Below are positions 13,290 to 27,500 of a DNA stretch of 64,000 bases, piece by piece (the first letter of the stretch is position 1; every line of letters begins with the position of its first letter). Position numbers and translations under genes: made by a program. Source of the DNA: Welwitschia mirabilis (taxonomy: Eukaryota); assembly GCA_051453625.1 (NCBI GenBank), contig JBOZIK010000001.1:15903427-15967426 (forward strand), written 5' to 3'. The notes beneath the pieces were generated by a model. The model was not told where the DNA came from and searched no databases. It worked only from the letters and a program-made list of their open reading frames with translations.

Positions 13290-16200
13290 ATGACAAAATA
13301 AAAGTCCTCCTCATGAATAAGGGCTTCTAAAATAAGTGATTCTATCATGTTCAAGGTTTTATTAGGAGATGACCCATAAATTTTTAACCTTTGATCATTA
13401 ACCTTTTGAATTTCTCTAATGTTTCAATTGAAGATTTTAACTGATCCATTTGAGTGTAATTTTTTATAAGATAAGTACCTAACCATTTATAAGTTAACTT
13501 GTTATGTAAAAGATGTACTCAGGTGTTATATAAAAGGATATGTTGATTAGGTTTAAATTACTTATGAATAATATTTTCATCATGTCTAAACCTGACTTGA
13601 GGTTTATGAATGAGTTGATGATGTAAAGCATGACTAATTTTTTCATCTAAATGATTGAGTTGGGATAATCAAATTTTTAAATTGTCATTCAATTCTACAA
13701 GGTTAAGCTGATGAGTAAATCAATAAGAATTATAGCAAACATCAACTAGTAACATACACTCTTCATCTTACACAAATTCATAGGGTAAGAAACCTAGGGA
13801 ATTATTCTAAGTAGTGCAGTAAGCCTAAAGAACATCATTAAGTTTAGAGGATTAAGTTTTCTTATTGATAGAGAATAATTTTTGAAGCATCGTTTTGATT
13901 TCTCTATTTGTGTTTTTAGCTTTTTAATTAGTTTAAAGATAATAGGCACAAGCAATTCTATATTCAAAAATATTTTTTTAAAAAAGGTGATTAATAAAAT
14001 GATTTTCCTAATCACTAATGATAATTCATAGAAAACAAAATCATTAAAAGATATGAGTTCGAACAAAGTTGCAAATAGTTTGGAAATCATTTTTGGTAGT
14101 ACGAATAACTTCTACTTAGTTAGTAACATAATCCATAGCTATACGGATATAATTTTNNNNNNNNNNNNNNNNNNNNNNNNNNNNNNNNNNNNNNNNNNNN
14201 CAATAATCAAAAGGTTCACATCCAAGTATAGGTTTTAGGAGCATGTTATGAGAACATGTTAGGCTACCATAGTGTTGAAATGCATCACACTTTCTAGAAA
14301 TGTCAAATGAGTCTTTGAAAAGAGTAGGCCAATAAAGACTAGAGTGAAGAATTTTCATGATGGTCTTTTAGCCAATAAAATGTCCTACACATATCCACCA
14401 TGGAAAAGTTCTAAGATTTATAAAGTTTCCCACCCAGGCATATACTTATGCATAATTTAATCTTTACAACATCTATAAAGATGGGGTNNNNNNNNNNNNN
14501 NNNNNNNNNNNNNNNNNNNNNNNNNNNNNNNNNNNNNNNNNNNNNNNNNNNNNNNNNNNNNNNNNNNNNNNNNNNNNNNNNNNNNNNACACACTTACACA
14601 TAATTTGATCTTTACAACATCTATAAAGATGGGGTTCATTCCACTCATAGTCACCAATCCTATGAAGACGATTTTTACATTGGTTATGACTCCAATGTAA
14701 AAGATGTTTCATTGTTACAAGTTAGTTTATGATGTCAGCATACCAAAGAGTGAGATGAAAAGATGAGATATCATAAATTTATTTAATCACAAAGAGTTAT
14801 TCATTGAGAAAAGATTCATTAATGGGAGTTTCATCATGAGAGAAATAAAGTCGAGATAAATGATCAATAACATTGTTATGTTTTTTAGCCTTATTAATGA
14901 TATTAAGATTAAATTCTTTCATGAGAAGGATCCACCTAATAAGTATATTATTAGAGTCTTTTTTAGTTATGAGATAGTAAATGGCTGCATGATTTATGTA
15001 AACCTTAATATGAAAACCAAGAAGGTAATGTAGAGGATAATCTAAGTAAAAGATAATGACAAACATTTCTCTCTCTGTAGTAGTGTAGTTGGATTAGGCT
15101 ATGGAAAAGTTTTTACTAAGATAAGATATGACTTTGAAACCATTTTCACATTTTTAGCAAATAACTCCCCCACAGCAATGTTACTTACATCACGTGTAAG
15201 TTCAAAGTCTTTACTTCTATTAAGACCCATGATAATAGGTTTAGAAGAAATCTTTTCTTTGAGGGTTTTAAATGCAAGTTGGCATGACTCATTTCAATCG
15301 AATGTAACATCTTTGTCAAGTAAGGAGTAAAGAGGTTTATAAATTTTGACATAATCATTAATGAAGTATCAATAAGAACCAACATCACTAAGGAAAGATA
15401 TAACTTGTTTGACATTAGTTAGAAGGCTAAGGTTTTTAATGATATCAAATTTTATGGAATCCATCCTAATCCCTTCTTTTAGAATGTGATGATCTAAAAT
15501 ACTTCCATGTTGGACAAAGATAAAACTCTTTTTCCAACTCAAATATAAGCCACTCTCAAGANNNNNNNNNNNNNNNNNNNNNNNNNNNNNNNNNNNNNNN
15601 NNNNNNNNNNNNNNNNNNNNNNNNNNNNNNNNNNNNNNNNNNNNNNNNNNNNNNNNNNNNNGACATCAATCTAGGACTTTTTCTAATCTCACTATAATTT
15701 GTTCAAAAGTATTACCAAAGATGGATAAGTCATCCATAAAAATTTTAATATAATATTCTATCATATCATAAAAGATTCCCATCATGGCTTGTTGGAAGGT
15801 TCCAGGGGAATTGGAAACTCCAAAGGGCATTTACCTAAAAGCAAAGATTTCAAAGGGTGAGGTGAAAGTGGTTTTAGCTTGGTTTTCTCTTACTATACAA
15901 ATTTGATTATAGCCATTATACCCATCAAGGAAATAATAGTAGGAATGACCTTAGATTCTATCAAGTACTTGATCAAAAAAGGGCAAAGAATAATGATACT
16001 TTTTAGTGACCTCATTAAATTTTCAAAAATTAATGCACATTCTCCATTTCCCCCCTTCTTTGGAACTACTATTAAAGGACTAATCCACTTACTATTGGAT
16101 ATGGCATATACAATTTTGGCATCCATAAGTTTAATTATTTCATCTTTAATGATTTATTTAAGGACTTAATTAAGTCTTATTTAGGGCTATTTAATAGGTT

Positions 16201-18700
16201 TAGCATTATCTTCAAGGTAAATCTTATGTTAAACTATGGAAAAAGGAATGGCAGCTAAGTCTTTATCTATCCAAGCAAAGACATTTTATTTCAAACTTAA
16301 GAGTGAGATCAAGTTTGGTTCTTATTTAGGAGTAAGAAGATCACTAATTATTAGAGGTTTCATTTGATTTTCGGAAAGAAAAATTTATTTTAATTCTTGG
16401 GATAATTTCCTAAGTTCAAGGGTAGTATTTTTGGCTATCGTCCCATCTATTGTGGGGATGATAGACGTGGAATGACATTTCTTAAAAAGTTTTTTTACTA
16501 AATAAATATGTTGAGTTTCTTCCTAGTCTATGTGTTCTTCATCCTTAAACACAAGATAGTGTGTTTTAGTGGGAACATCATACAAAGTAGGTTCATGTAG
16601 CATGATTAATCTCTCTTCAATTGGTTAATTTTATAAAAACAAGGTTGGTTTCAATTCATCTTCAAGATTAAATTTAGTTCTTATACTTTTTCAGTAGCAT
16701 TAAAAAATCTAATGCTAATTTTTTTTGTCAAAGTGGTATCTCATCATCCTAGCTCATGTGTTAATGATACAATGGGTAGTTGCATAAAGGCTCTTCCTGA
16801 ATGAAGTGGATATCCTTCATCATGTTCTATTTCAATTATGACAATATTAATAGGATAAAAAAATTCCTTAATTTAGATAACTAGATCTTTAATAATTACT
16901 AATAATTTCTTGATTGAGGTATCAACTAATTCCAAGATGATTGGTGTAGGTTCAACTCTATTTTCTAACCTCAGTCTTTTACATATGTAAAGAGGTATGA
17001 TGTTTACACTTAATCCTATGTTAATTAAAGATTTTATAATTATTTTATTTTCTTATAAGGTAACACTTACAATTGAAACCCTAGGGTTTTTAAATTTAGG
17101 ACATTTTTGCATGACTAAATTAGAAAGAGATTGTACAAGAAAAAATTTGCTAGGAATGATAGTTTTTACTTTCTTCTTACTAAATCCTTTCATAACTTAG
17201 AATATTTAGGATTTGCTTGCAATAGTTTTCAATAGGATAAATTGATGTTGACTTCTTGCATCAAAGCTTTTAGGTGTTTATCAAAGGTAGGATTTGTATT
17301 CAATTAATCAAGCCAAGAAGTGGGTGATTTATTTCCTTTATTTTTTTGTGAATTATTTTTAATGGAAGTATTAGTAGGTAATGTTGATGGAATGTTATAT
17401 GAATCTAAAATTTGTACATCACTTTTCTCATTTATTTCACTATTTTTAGAAGTTGAAAACTCATGGGTAGGAGGTTTTATATTCTTTCCACTTCTTGTCA
17501 CTATCTTTAAATATCTTCCAACTTCATTTAGATTGGGTACTAGTTGAGATGCAAATGACCCTGTGGCCTTTAGTTGATAAGAATTATTTGTTGAAGCACA
17601 TTCACTAAGTTTTCAACATTGCAATTGGTCTTCTCAATGTTGTTATTAGTTTTCTCTTGCACTTTTCTCATCTCTTCTATGGATTCTCTAAGTGGACTAC
17701 TTTGATTTTGTTAAAAATTAGGTTGAAAGTTGGAATTCTTGAATCTACTTTTAAATGGTTTTCATTAACATTATCCATTTAATATTTTTTGAAATTTTGG
17801 TTGATTTTTAAAGTTAGGTGTTCTTTGGTTAAAGGCATAAAATTCCTCAAACATTTTTTCCTTATAGGATGGTAACAAAGGGCATTCTTTTATTGAATGG
17901 AAGTCATCTTCACAAATTTCACAACTTGAAGTTGAGTTTTCATTTTTTTACTACTTTTTTATCAACTATAATTTGTATACACTTCTTTAAAGTAGTAGTA
18001 AAATATTTCATTAGGTTGGTTAAGTCCTCCCTTTTTTCTTCTTTATCATATTTAACTTCCTTTAAATTCTTCAAAATTTGGCCTACAGTCTAATTTTTGT
18101 TAGTGGGTTTAATTCAAGTTTGGCTTATTTCTATAATATTTTCCAACACACTTCATGCATTATCTAGGACTAAATTCAAAAAGTTACCTTCACAAAAGAA
18201 ATCTATAAATTACTTAGTTGAAGAATTCAATCCACTATAGAAATAATCAACTAGCTCTTTCTTACGAAATTCATCTATAAGATTGGAATGGCTAGTTATG
18301 ATAAAATATTAATAGGCTATTGCGTAATCCTTATAAGGTTGTTATTAAAAGTTGATTACTTCTTTTCTTCTTTTCCTCATAGAACTCTCACTCAAAAAAC
18401 ATTTGATAAATATTTCTTGCACTTGATGCTAAGATTAAGAATTTTATGTGAAATAGTTTTAAGCCAAATTTTTTCTATTTCTCTAAGTGTGACTAGAAAA
18501 ATAATCATATAAGTATGGTTAGTAATACATTTCTTCCCATTTCTCAAGGTGAGTCAGCCAAATGTTAAAAAGGTTCTTCCTCTGCCTCCCCTAAAAAAAT
18601 TGGATAAGTACTTAAATTTTTAATTCTACATCATCTTCAAGAGGTAAATTAAAATGATTTTGAATTTCATGTTTTCTATTAGCAAATAAATCTCTAATAG
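13290..18700 (-). pseudogene. Athila gag-PR-RT-RNaseH-integrase, heavily decayed
   Basis: gag NHFNLPLEDDVELK near 18620-18660; protease at about 16700-17100; RT SKWISPLIVVPKKGG (ORF 15893-16126) and IFMDD near 15730; RNase H ORF 14797-15066 (LIRWILLMKEFNL); integrase ORFs 14116-14358 (YWPTLFKD) and 14473-14712. Confidence 0.92.
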
Positions 18701-19073
18701 TAATGTTTTCATTCACGGAACAAGTTCCTATTATGATTATAATATTAGATGAAGCAACTTACTTCTTTTTGCAATGATTTTGATGCATTTGACATATTCG
18801 AAGAAGAAACAACATGATCTACTTTTATACTATAATTTTCTTTTGCAAAATTTGATTATAAAATAATGAAAGCAGAAACATATTCTTGTTTAATTCTGGG
18901 AATTTGTATACCTAGGGTGTGTAAAACTAGATTTAGCTTGAAGTTAAACAATCCTTCTCTAATATTTTCTTAGATCAAGTTTCATTCTCTTTGATATTTT
19001 ATCTTCCTACTAGAATTCATCATGTTCTTGCATGCTCAAGCAACAAATAGAAATCAAAATAAAAAATAGTAGA

Positions 19074-19400
19074 CCATCGTCCACTTGGTCATGGAAATGA
19101 CAAGAAGGATAATAATCACAGTAATAAAAATCTAAAACTAAGAAAAATTATTAATAGTAAAGAAGTAGACTATCATCCAGACTTTCATGGGGATGATGGA
19201 GAAAATGATAGTTTTATTAAAATTACAAAAAAAGAAAATGTAAAAAAATATGTAGATTATTGCCTAGTATGTCATGGGGATGACAAGCGAGATGACAGTA
19301 ACTTTATTACCGAACTTCAAATAGAAGAAAAATGGTGAAAGCAGAAATAAATTTTGAAATTTAAGAACTGTCATGCCCTATATCATTGGGATGATAGAGA
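19074..19400. repeat. Four spaced copies of a ~30-bp imperfect palindrome in the Athila 5' UTR
   Basis: Units at about 19074, 19170, 19256 and 19367 of the form CCATCGTCC..GTCATGGGGATGATGG; the same array recurs at about 22472-22815. Confidence 0.7.
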
Positions 19401-19557
19401 GAATCATAGGGTCCCTAAAAAATTAAAAAATAAAATTTTATGGAAATAAACCTATCTTAAACTAAAATAGAATATAACATTAATTGAAATAAAAAACCTA
19501 AATAAAAGATTCAAGGTACTTATTTGGTTAATGATAATTCTCTAGCTCGTTGTGGCC

Positions 19558-19575
19558 TTCCTGGAAATGGTGCCA
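19558..19575 (-). promoter_or_regulatory. Primer binding site (tRNA-Asp type)
   Basis: Minus strand TGGCACCATTTCCAGGAA adjacent to the LTR starting at 19579. Confidence 0.85.
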
Positions 19576-19578
19576 AAA

Positions 19579-20814
19579 TGTTATAGTGTGAATTTATACA
19601 ATTCTCAAATCCTTTAAGTAAACCCATATATCAAATAACTTACAGAAACACACATGCTAGTATAGATGGGAATTCACTTGAATGTTATAATCCTAATAAA
19701 GGCACTAAGCTTAAAGTTAGAAAATTGATTTTCAAAAGTATTTCTAATCTTTTACATTTTAATAACTAAAAGTAAATAATAAAGTAAATGTAATGTAATG
19801 TAAATAGATATGAAATGAAAATGGAAATGGAATGAATTCTATTACTTTCTAATTATTCTATCACAAAAACTAGCTCTCTATAATTTAGATTAATTAAGAA
19901 GAGTACTTAACTTGTTCCTAATCAACATGAACTATGAGATATACCAAGTAGAATAAGGAATGTAATGTGAAGTAAAAATGGAATAACAATGCAACCTAAT
20001 ACTAACTAAAGTCAACCTTAATAAAGGTTACCTTTTTAATCTAAATCAATCACAAAACTGTCACTTAACTATAACCAACTTAAATTATAAAAGACATAAA
20101 TAGAATTAGAATTAAAAGAGTAATTGTATTGCTTTCAAAGAACTTTATATGTACTTATAAATAAAATAGCAGCATCTCAATGGAAGAGACTCAACCTAAA
20201 CACCATAAAAACTTCTTTTTGTAGCTATTAGATGCATCTCTTATTATTTAATCTTCTGTCATAAGCATATAAGAGTACAAAGGATGAAAACAGAATGAAG
20301 GAAGAAAGGATATTTATAGTTTTACATTGAGATTCTGGAAACGCAATCCTAGAAGTTCGAAAAGAAATCCTAATAGCCCAAATGGATCATTTGACCTCAT
20401 TATAAAGATAACTTTTCTCAATTATAAAAAATACTTATCACCCTAACTATTATGGAGATGATATAGGGGATGTCACCCTACATCAATAGGTACTTCATCA
20501 TCTTCATGCCCTGTTGTTAGTCCTATAGGTTTTGTCCATGTCAGTAATGCTATCGTCCTACTTGTCATGAGCATGACAGAAGGGTTGATAGGCTTTCTTA
20601 TTTCTAATGTCAAAGGTAGACCAGTCTTTTGCATGTTGAGTCCTTCTTTCATGTATGCAATGTCAGAATAAGTCTGAGAAACCTCCAAATATGGTAAGAA
20701 TTGTATTTCATTTATCATCCTATTAGATATTTATAATCATCAGTATTGCATCAAAATCTGTGTAAATAGCCTATAAAAGTACTCAAAATATACTATCAAA
20801 CTCCTACAAACTAG
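19579..20814 (-). repeat. Internal Athila LTR (LTR-B), missing about 10 terminal bases
   Basis: TGTTATAGTGTGAATTTATACAA start; colinear with LTR-A, with an expanded middle; ends at CCTACAAACTAG. Confidence 0.85.
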
Positions 20815-21655
20815 AAATGCATCTAAATTAATAATACTCAACCTTGACAAAGGTTGTCCTTATAACCTCTACCTCAAGAAACTATCACTGAATTAAAAGC
20901 ACCATAAATTATAAGGAATAAGTAATAAGAAGCATAAAAAATGGCAAAGAGTCTTTGTATTAAATGTCAAATCACATCGATGTTGCAAAGTAGCCACACC
21001 TCAATGGAGAAAGCATAATCCAACACTAAGAAAGATGTGTCTTTGCAACTACTAAGGATGAATCTATGGCCCTTCGATTTCCGGTCATGAGAATTGTAGT
21101 GCAAGTAAAGATAAGATGGAGTCAAGGATAGAATTGATACTGATTGATAATAAACACACAAATAATAAGACCAATAAGCAGACATGAGTACAATCCTAAT
21201 AGCCATACAAGAAATAGATAAATAAATGACAAGAATTAGGTGAATGTTTAGTGGAATGTTATAATAATTACCATTCTCCCAGTTACCTAGAGGATATAGG
21301 GGATGATGTCACCTCATAAACGATCCATGTCATTTACCAAATTGATCATAGTCAACATCGTTATTGGAATAATATGTTTTGTTATCCATTTTGGCATCTA
21401 GACAATGAGGTGGATGATAGGCTTTTACAAGTATTTATCAAATGCATCAATCTCAATGTTTGCAAGAAATTTGTATAAAAAATAGAAAGTATTGAAAACT
21501 ACTCCAAATGCTATAAAATATCATAGAAATTATGTGTTTTTATATCTTTCATATTAGCTCTCCATTATCATGGAAATCTAGCATGAACTTATTTAATATC
21601 CTCTAAAACTACTAAAAATACCCTATCAAATCTATGTAAGTTGGTAGTGCAAACA
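20815..21655 (-). repeat. Partial LTR (LTR-C) closer to the 5734-6833 subfamily
   Basis: Matches about 5986-6833 (AATGCA.CTAAA.TAAT.A..CTCAACCTTGA ... CTAGACAATGAGGT.GATGATAG ... CCTATCAAAT) and ends AAACA. Confidence 0.7.
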
Positions 21656-22998
21656 TAGCATTATCAGTCCCTAATAAAACTAGGTAGTAAATTGTAATTG
21701 TGAGCTAGCCTGTTTAATAGAATATAGACAGAGAAGAGGGAGAATTCTTAGGATCAGCAAGGAAACAGAGGTCCAAGAATGTAGAAATAGAATGGACTGT
21801 CTCATAGCCTTAGACATGTACAACCTTTAGGATGTCTACTGTTACACTTTGCTAAATGGAGATACACACTGACACACATCAATAATCTGGTCCTCAAAGT
21901 ATTGGAATCTCTTCTCAACTGTTAAGATTCTCTACTCTAATGTTTGAGTCCTCTAATCTATAGCCTAGATCCTTTAGTCTAATGTCTAGATATTGTGATT
22001 TATGATGTGTTCTTTACCAAGAGGGCCTAAACCTACTCAAGTGTAATCCCAACCACAGGTCTCTATACCTAAGCTCACTCTGCCTCTNNNNNNNNNNNNN
22101 NNNNNNNNNNNNNNNNNNNNNNNNNNNNNNNNNNNNNNNNNNNNNNNNNNNNNNNNNNNNNNNNNNNNNNNNNNNNNNNNNNNNNNNTAACATATTCAAA
22201 GAAGAAATAACATGATCTACTTTTATACTATAATTTTCTTTTGCAAAATATGATTCTAAAATAAAAAAATATAAAAATTTTCTTCTTCAATTTTGGGAAT
22301 TTGCATACCTATGGTGTGTATAAGTGGATTTATCTTAAAGTTAAATAATCCTTATCTGATGTTTTCTTTGATCAGTTTTCATTCCCTCTGATATTATATC
22401 TTTCTAACAGAATTTACCATATCCTTACATGCTCAAGCAATAAATAGAAAACCAAAATAAAAAAATAATAGACCATCATCTGCCTGGTCATGAGGATGAC
22501 AGGAGGGATGATGATCACAGTAACAGAAATCCAAAACTATGAAAATTTATTAACAATAAAAAAAGCTAGACTATCATCTAGACTATTATGAGGACGACAA
22601 ATAAAATGATAATTTATTTAAACTTATGAAAAAGAAAAATTATGAAATGTAGAAAAGAATGTCAAAAAATTCAATTATCGTCTGACTTTTCATGGGGATG
22701 ATAGAGAAGATGACAATATTTTTATTACTAAACTAGAAATAAAAGAAAAATTGTAAAAATAAAAACTAATTTCAAAATTTTAGAACTGTCATGTCCAATG
22801 TCATTGGGACAATAGAGAGAATGATAGGGTTTCTAATAAAAATTACAAAAAAAAATTATGGAAGTAAATCTACTTTAAACTAAACTAGAAATATAGCATT
22901 AATTTAAATAAATGACCTAAACAAAAGATTTAAGAAATGTATCTTATTAATGAAAATTCTTGATCTCCTTGTATCCTTTCTCAGAAAAAACACCAAAA

Positions 22999-24151
22999 TA
23001 TTATGGTATAAATTTATGCAATCCTAAAGTTCTTTAGATAAACTTGTAAATCAAACAACTTGCATAAGCACATGCTAGTATATATAGAAGTTCACGCGGA
23101 TGTTGTAATCCCAACGAAGGCACTAGGCTCAGAGTTAAAGAATTGATTTTCAAAGGTATTTTTAGTCTTTTATCTTTTAATAACTGAAAGTAAATAATAA
23201 AGTAAATGCAATACAATGAAAATGGATATGAGATGCAAATGGAAATGGGATGAATTATATTGGTTTCTAAATCTTCTATCACAAAAACTAGCTTCTTTAT
23301 AATTTAGATCAATTAAGAAGAGTATTCAACTAGTTCTTAACTAACATAAACTAGGAGATCTATCAAGTAGAATATGGAATGCAATGTGAAATGGAATGAA
23401 ATAATAATATAAATATAATACTAACCAAGGTCATCCTTAACAAATATTGTACTTATGATCTAGATAAATCACAAAATTATCACTTTAAACTATGATTAAT
23501 GTAAATCATAAGGGACATATATAGAATTGAAATGAAAATAGCAATTATATTAATTCAAAGAGAAATTGGATAAACTCAAGAACTTTACATCCACTTATAA
23601 TAGAATAATAGCATCTCAATGGAAGATACTTAGTCTAACACCAAGGAAACTCCTTTCTGTATCTACTGGATGGACTTTTTGTCCTTCAATCTTCCATCAC
23701 AAGCATATCAGGTACAATAGATGGAAATAGAAATGAAGAAGGAGAAGGGTATATATAGTTTTACTATGAGATTCTAGAAACGTACCTATAAAAGTCAAAA
23801 AAGAAATCCTAACATCCTAAATGGTTTTCTTGACTCCATTACAAAGATAATTCTTTTCGACCATAGAAAAATAGATATTGTCCTGACTATCATGGGGAAG
23901 ACATAGAGGACAATAAGTTTCCTCATTTTCAATCTCAAAGGTAAGTCAGGCTCTTACAAGATAAAGTCTTCTTCCAAATATACAGTCTCACAATAAGCTT
24001 AAAAAGCCACCAAATATGCCAAGAATTACATGTTTCATTGATTATCTTATCAGATCTCTATAATCATTAGTATTGCATCCAAATTTGTGAAACTTTTTTG
24101 CAAAAGCACTCAAAATACACCATCAAATTCCTACAAATTAGTGTTACAACA
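22999..24151 (-). repeat. Athila 5' LTR (LTR-D)
   Basis: Preceded by a decayed PBS and a 5' UTR (22188-22998) that duplicates about 18790-19578; ends ACAACA followed by the TSD. Confidence 0.88.
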
Positions 24152-24478
24152 GTTATTAAGAGAAATATATTCTTATATGCTTAAATACCATGGGTTTAGA
24201 TTATCTATCATATGAAGAGTAGCTGCATTATATTTCAATCTTTATAAGGTTAACGATGAGCCATAAACTGCAAAATATTTTAAGTAGCAAGATTCAAAGG
24301 CATACAAAGTTTGAAATTCTAAGTGTAGACTCCTAGAGTTTAAAAATTCATAAAATCAGTAATATATCCATATCTTATTTGCATATATTTATTTTTATAA
24401 ATTTAATATTTTTTATTTATAGGATAATTTTTTTAGAAACTCATTTACCGTTTCCCTCTCAGTTCTAGGATTTAAAAG

Positions 24479-24490
24479 TGGTATTAGAGT
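24479..24490 (+). promoter_or_regulatory. Primer binding site (tRNA-iMet), decayed
   Basis: TGGTATTAGAGT versus TGGTATCAGAGC; two C>T changes. Confidence 0.8.
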
Positions 24491-24529
24491 AGGTACTTAT
24501 AAAAAGATATAAAGTCCTTAATTGATCTA

Positions 24530-27500
24530 TTATAAAGGGATTTCTTAAATATTAGACTCCCTTCTTTAATAGGATAAATTATGCTTATTAAAAAATGGGG
24601 ATGTTAATGTACTTATATTCTCTTAAGTTTAAATTATAGCAAACAATTGAAGATGTCTATATCACTCTAATATAAATTAACATGAATACTACTAGTTCAT
24701 GCATCACTAAGTTTAAGACTAGAAAAATTGATTCAATTTAAAAAATGATGTTTATACTATGTTCTTTTACTAGAAGAATTTAATAGAGTTGCTAATTACA
24801 ACATCACAAAATAAGCATGGGAGCTTCTCTAAGGTACTCATGAAAGTACTTCTATAGTTAAATAATATAAGTTGCTAGTTTAGATAAATAAATTTATAAC
24901 CCATATATTAAAGGAGAAACAATTCATAAGTACTTAATTAGAGTAAGTGACATCACAGATTCCACTTGTGAAATTAATGGAGAATTAATAAAGAAGAGCT
25001 AATTCAAAAGTGGTTAGGTCACTTACTCTAGTATATAGGCTTCAAACCACTACCATAAAAGAATCAAAGAATTTTATTACTATGAAGTTTGAATAACTCT
25101 AAACTTTCTTAACTACCTATAAAATGAACCTAATTAATGATCTAATTATCAAATAAAATTCCATAACTTTCAAAGCTAGTAAGAATAAAAAATATTATTA
25201 AAAGGACAAAGCCACTACTATGTCAAACTATGATGTTTTTGAAAAGAATGTTGATGAAGAGCTTGCTATCATTTCTAAGTAGATAAAACATATTATTTAA
25301 AGAAGAAAATAAAATAAGACAACAAAATCTTAGATTACTTTAGCATCAAGCTAAACATAAAAGTATAAAAATAAAGCTTTACAATTATATTTTGAAAATT
25401 ACTTTTTAAATCTAGAGTATTAGGATTTTATGATTCAAGGAATTCTTAACTTAAAATGCCCAAGTGCTAATAGATTATAGAATGAAAGATAAAAGGAATA
25501 CTTCAAAAGAAAGAAAAGCTTCTTTAATTATTAGGATGAATATGAATACATCACTAAGGAGGAAGTCTCAGACAATGATAATGAAGATACCTATTTTATA
25601 TTTATGTTTATTATTAATAATTCATTCAGTAATGATGATAGAGATCAGGGGAAAACAAAAGAGATGAAGTGTAAGATGAGTTAATTCTTTAATAAATTTA
25701 TGATTTTATTTCCAAAGAGCATTAAATTATATAAATTCCATATCAAAATGAAGAAATTGCTTAAGAACAATAAGTTAGCATATGAATAAGAAATTAACTC
25801 TTATTCCAAGTTGATAAGCAAGAATATAGCTTGTAATATTCAGATTATGGAACTAAGGAGTGAATTAAATAATGTAAAATAGGAAAGATAGGATACTAAC
25901 TAAAGTTGAAATGCTAAATGATAAAAATGGATTAAAGAAGAGTGAAGCATTAACAAGTAAATCATAGAGAACATCAAAAATATATTTTTTAAAATGGAAT
26001 TGTAAGTTAAATTATGAACATTTATGTCATAAAAAAACATCATTTGCTTTATNNNNNNNAAAAGAATACATTATAAATACTTTTATCCTTTAATCTTTAG
26101 TAAATAAAAGTATACATATTATGGCCAAAGGGATATGTTAGAAAATATATGTAGCATAATTATAGGATGAAATGGATTTTAAAGCATTACAATAATTATT
26201 TTCTTATTTAGATTACCTTACGGATAATAAAGAAGAATATCTAGCATGAATATAGTGAGTTCTCTTGGCATATGATTGGATACAAGTCAATCTTTACTAC
26301 TCTGGTTGATTAAGATGATGTTTTTTTAAAATTTGGTGATAATAGTAAGATCTTTCATTAGAGGAATTAGTACCATTAAAGTTGGGAACCTTCATAAGGT
26401 AAAAATATATTTTATGTTAATGGATTGCAATGTAACTTATTTAGTATTATCTAATTTGTGATTTAAATTATGATGTTAATATTTTAAAGAAGACTATACT
26501 ATTAAGGATTCTATTTTTAATAATGTAATATTTCCAAGACATATAAAATTAAATTTATATGTTAATTTCCTAAATGATATTTTTTATAAAGATATCAATT
26601 TTTTACTTAGAATCACAAATCTAGAATAGAAATCTTGGACACTTAAACATGGATCTCATGCAAAATTTATCATCCAAACAACTTATAAGAGGATTCCCTA
26701 ATCTCAATAATGTTGATAAATAATTTTGTTATGTTTTTTAAAAAAGGGAAACAAACAAGGATAAGGTTTAATATTTTAAGAAAAATCCCTATCTACCTTT
26801 TTCTCTCTCTATGTATTACATCTTGATTTAATTAGTCCATCTGCAATCAAAAGTCTTAGAAGAAAATAATGTTATCTTATAATTATTAAGTATCACTATT
26901 ACTTTACATTGGTTTCCTTCCTTCCTCATGAGGATGAGACTTTTGACTATTTCTATAAGTTATGAATTAGATTATAGAATGAGACATATTACTCTGTTAA
27001 GATCACTTAAAGTAATAATGTTGGAGAATTGGAAAAATGCATTCTTTAAGAAGTTTTGTAAATAACATGGAATAGATCATTAATATCTACTCTAAGAATA
27101 CCCAAAAGGTAGAGTTTTAGAGTGCAAGAATAAACAATTGAATGAGATGGCAAGCCTTATATTACATGATCAAAAGTTAGTTTATCATTCTTGAGTAGAG
27201 GAGGTAAACACCACTTGTCATGTTCTCAACCATGTCCAAGTAATAAAATTCACTATCAATACTCCTTATAAATTATGATATAGAAATAAAGAAAAAACCA
27301 TTTACAAGTTACTTTACATTTTTTTACTTAAAATGCTACATTTTAAATGGTAAAGATTAGCTTATAAAATTTAGTTCTTAGGCTAATGAAGGTATATTTC
27401 TGGGGTATGCTATGGTTATATAAGTATATAAATTTTATAATAAATGAATTCTAGTGATAGAATAAATAATAAACATGAATAATGATGTTGCTCATATGTT

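Larger units (their letters stand above)
10083..24151 (-). mobile_element. Ty3/gypsy Athila composite insertion with 5-bp TSD GTTAT
   Basis: Outer LTRs 10083-11235 and 22999-24151 are both 1153 bp. GTTAT occurs at 10078-10082 and 24152-24156. Full decayed gag-pol lies inside. Confidence 0.88.
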
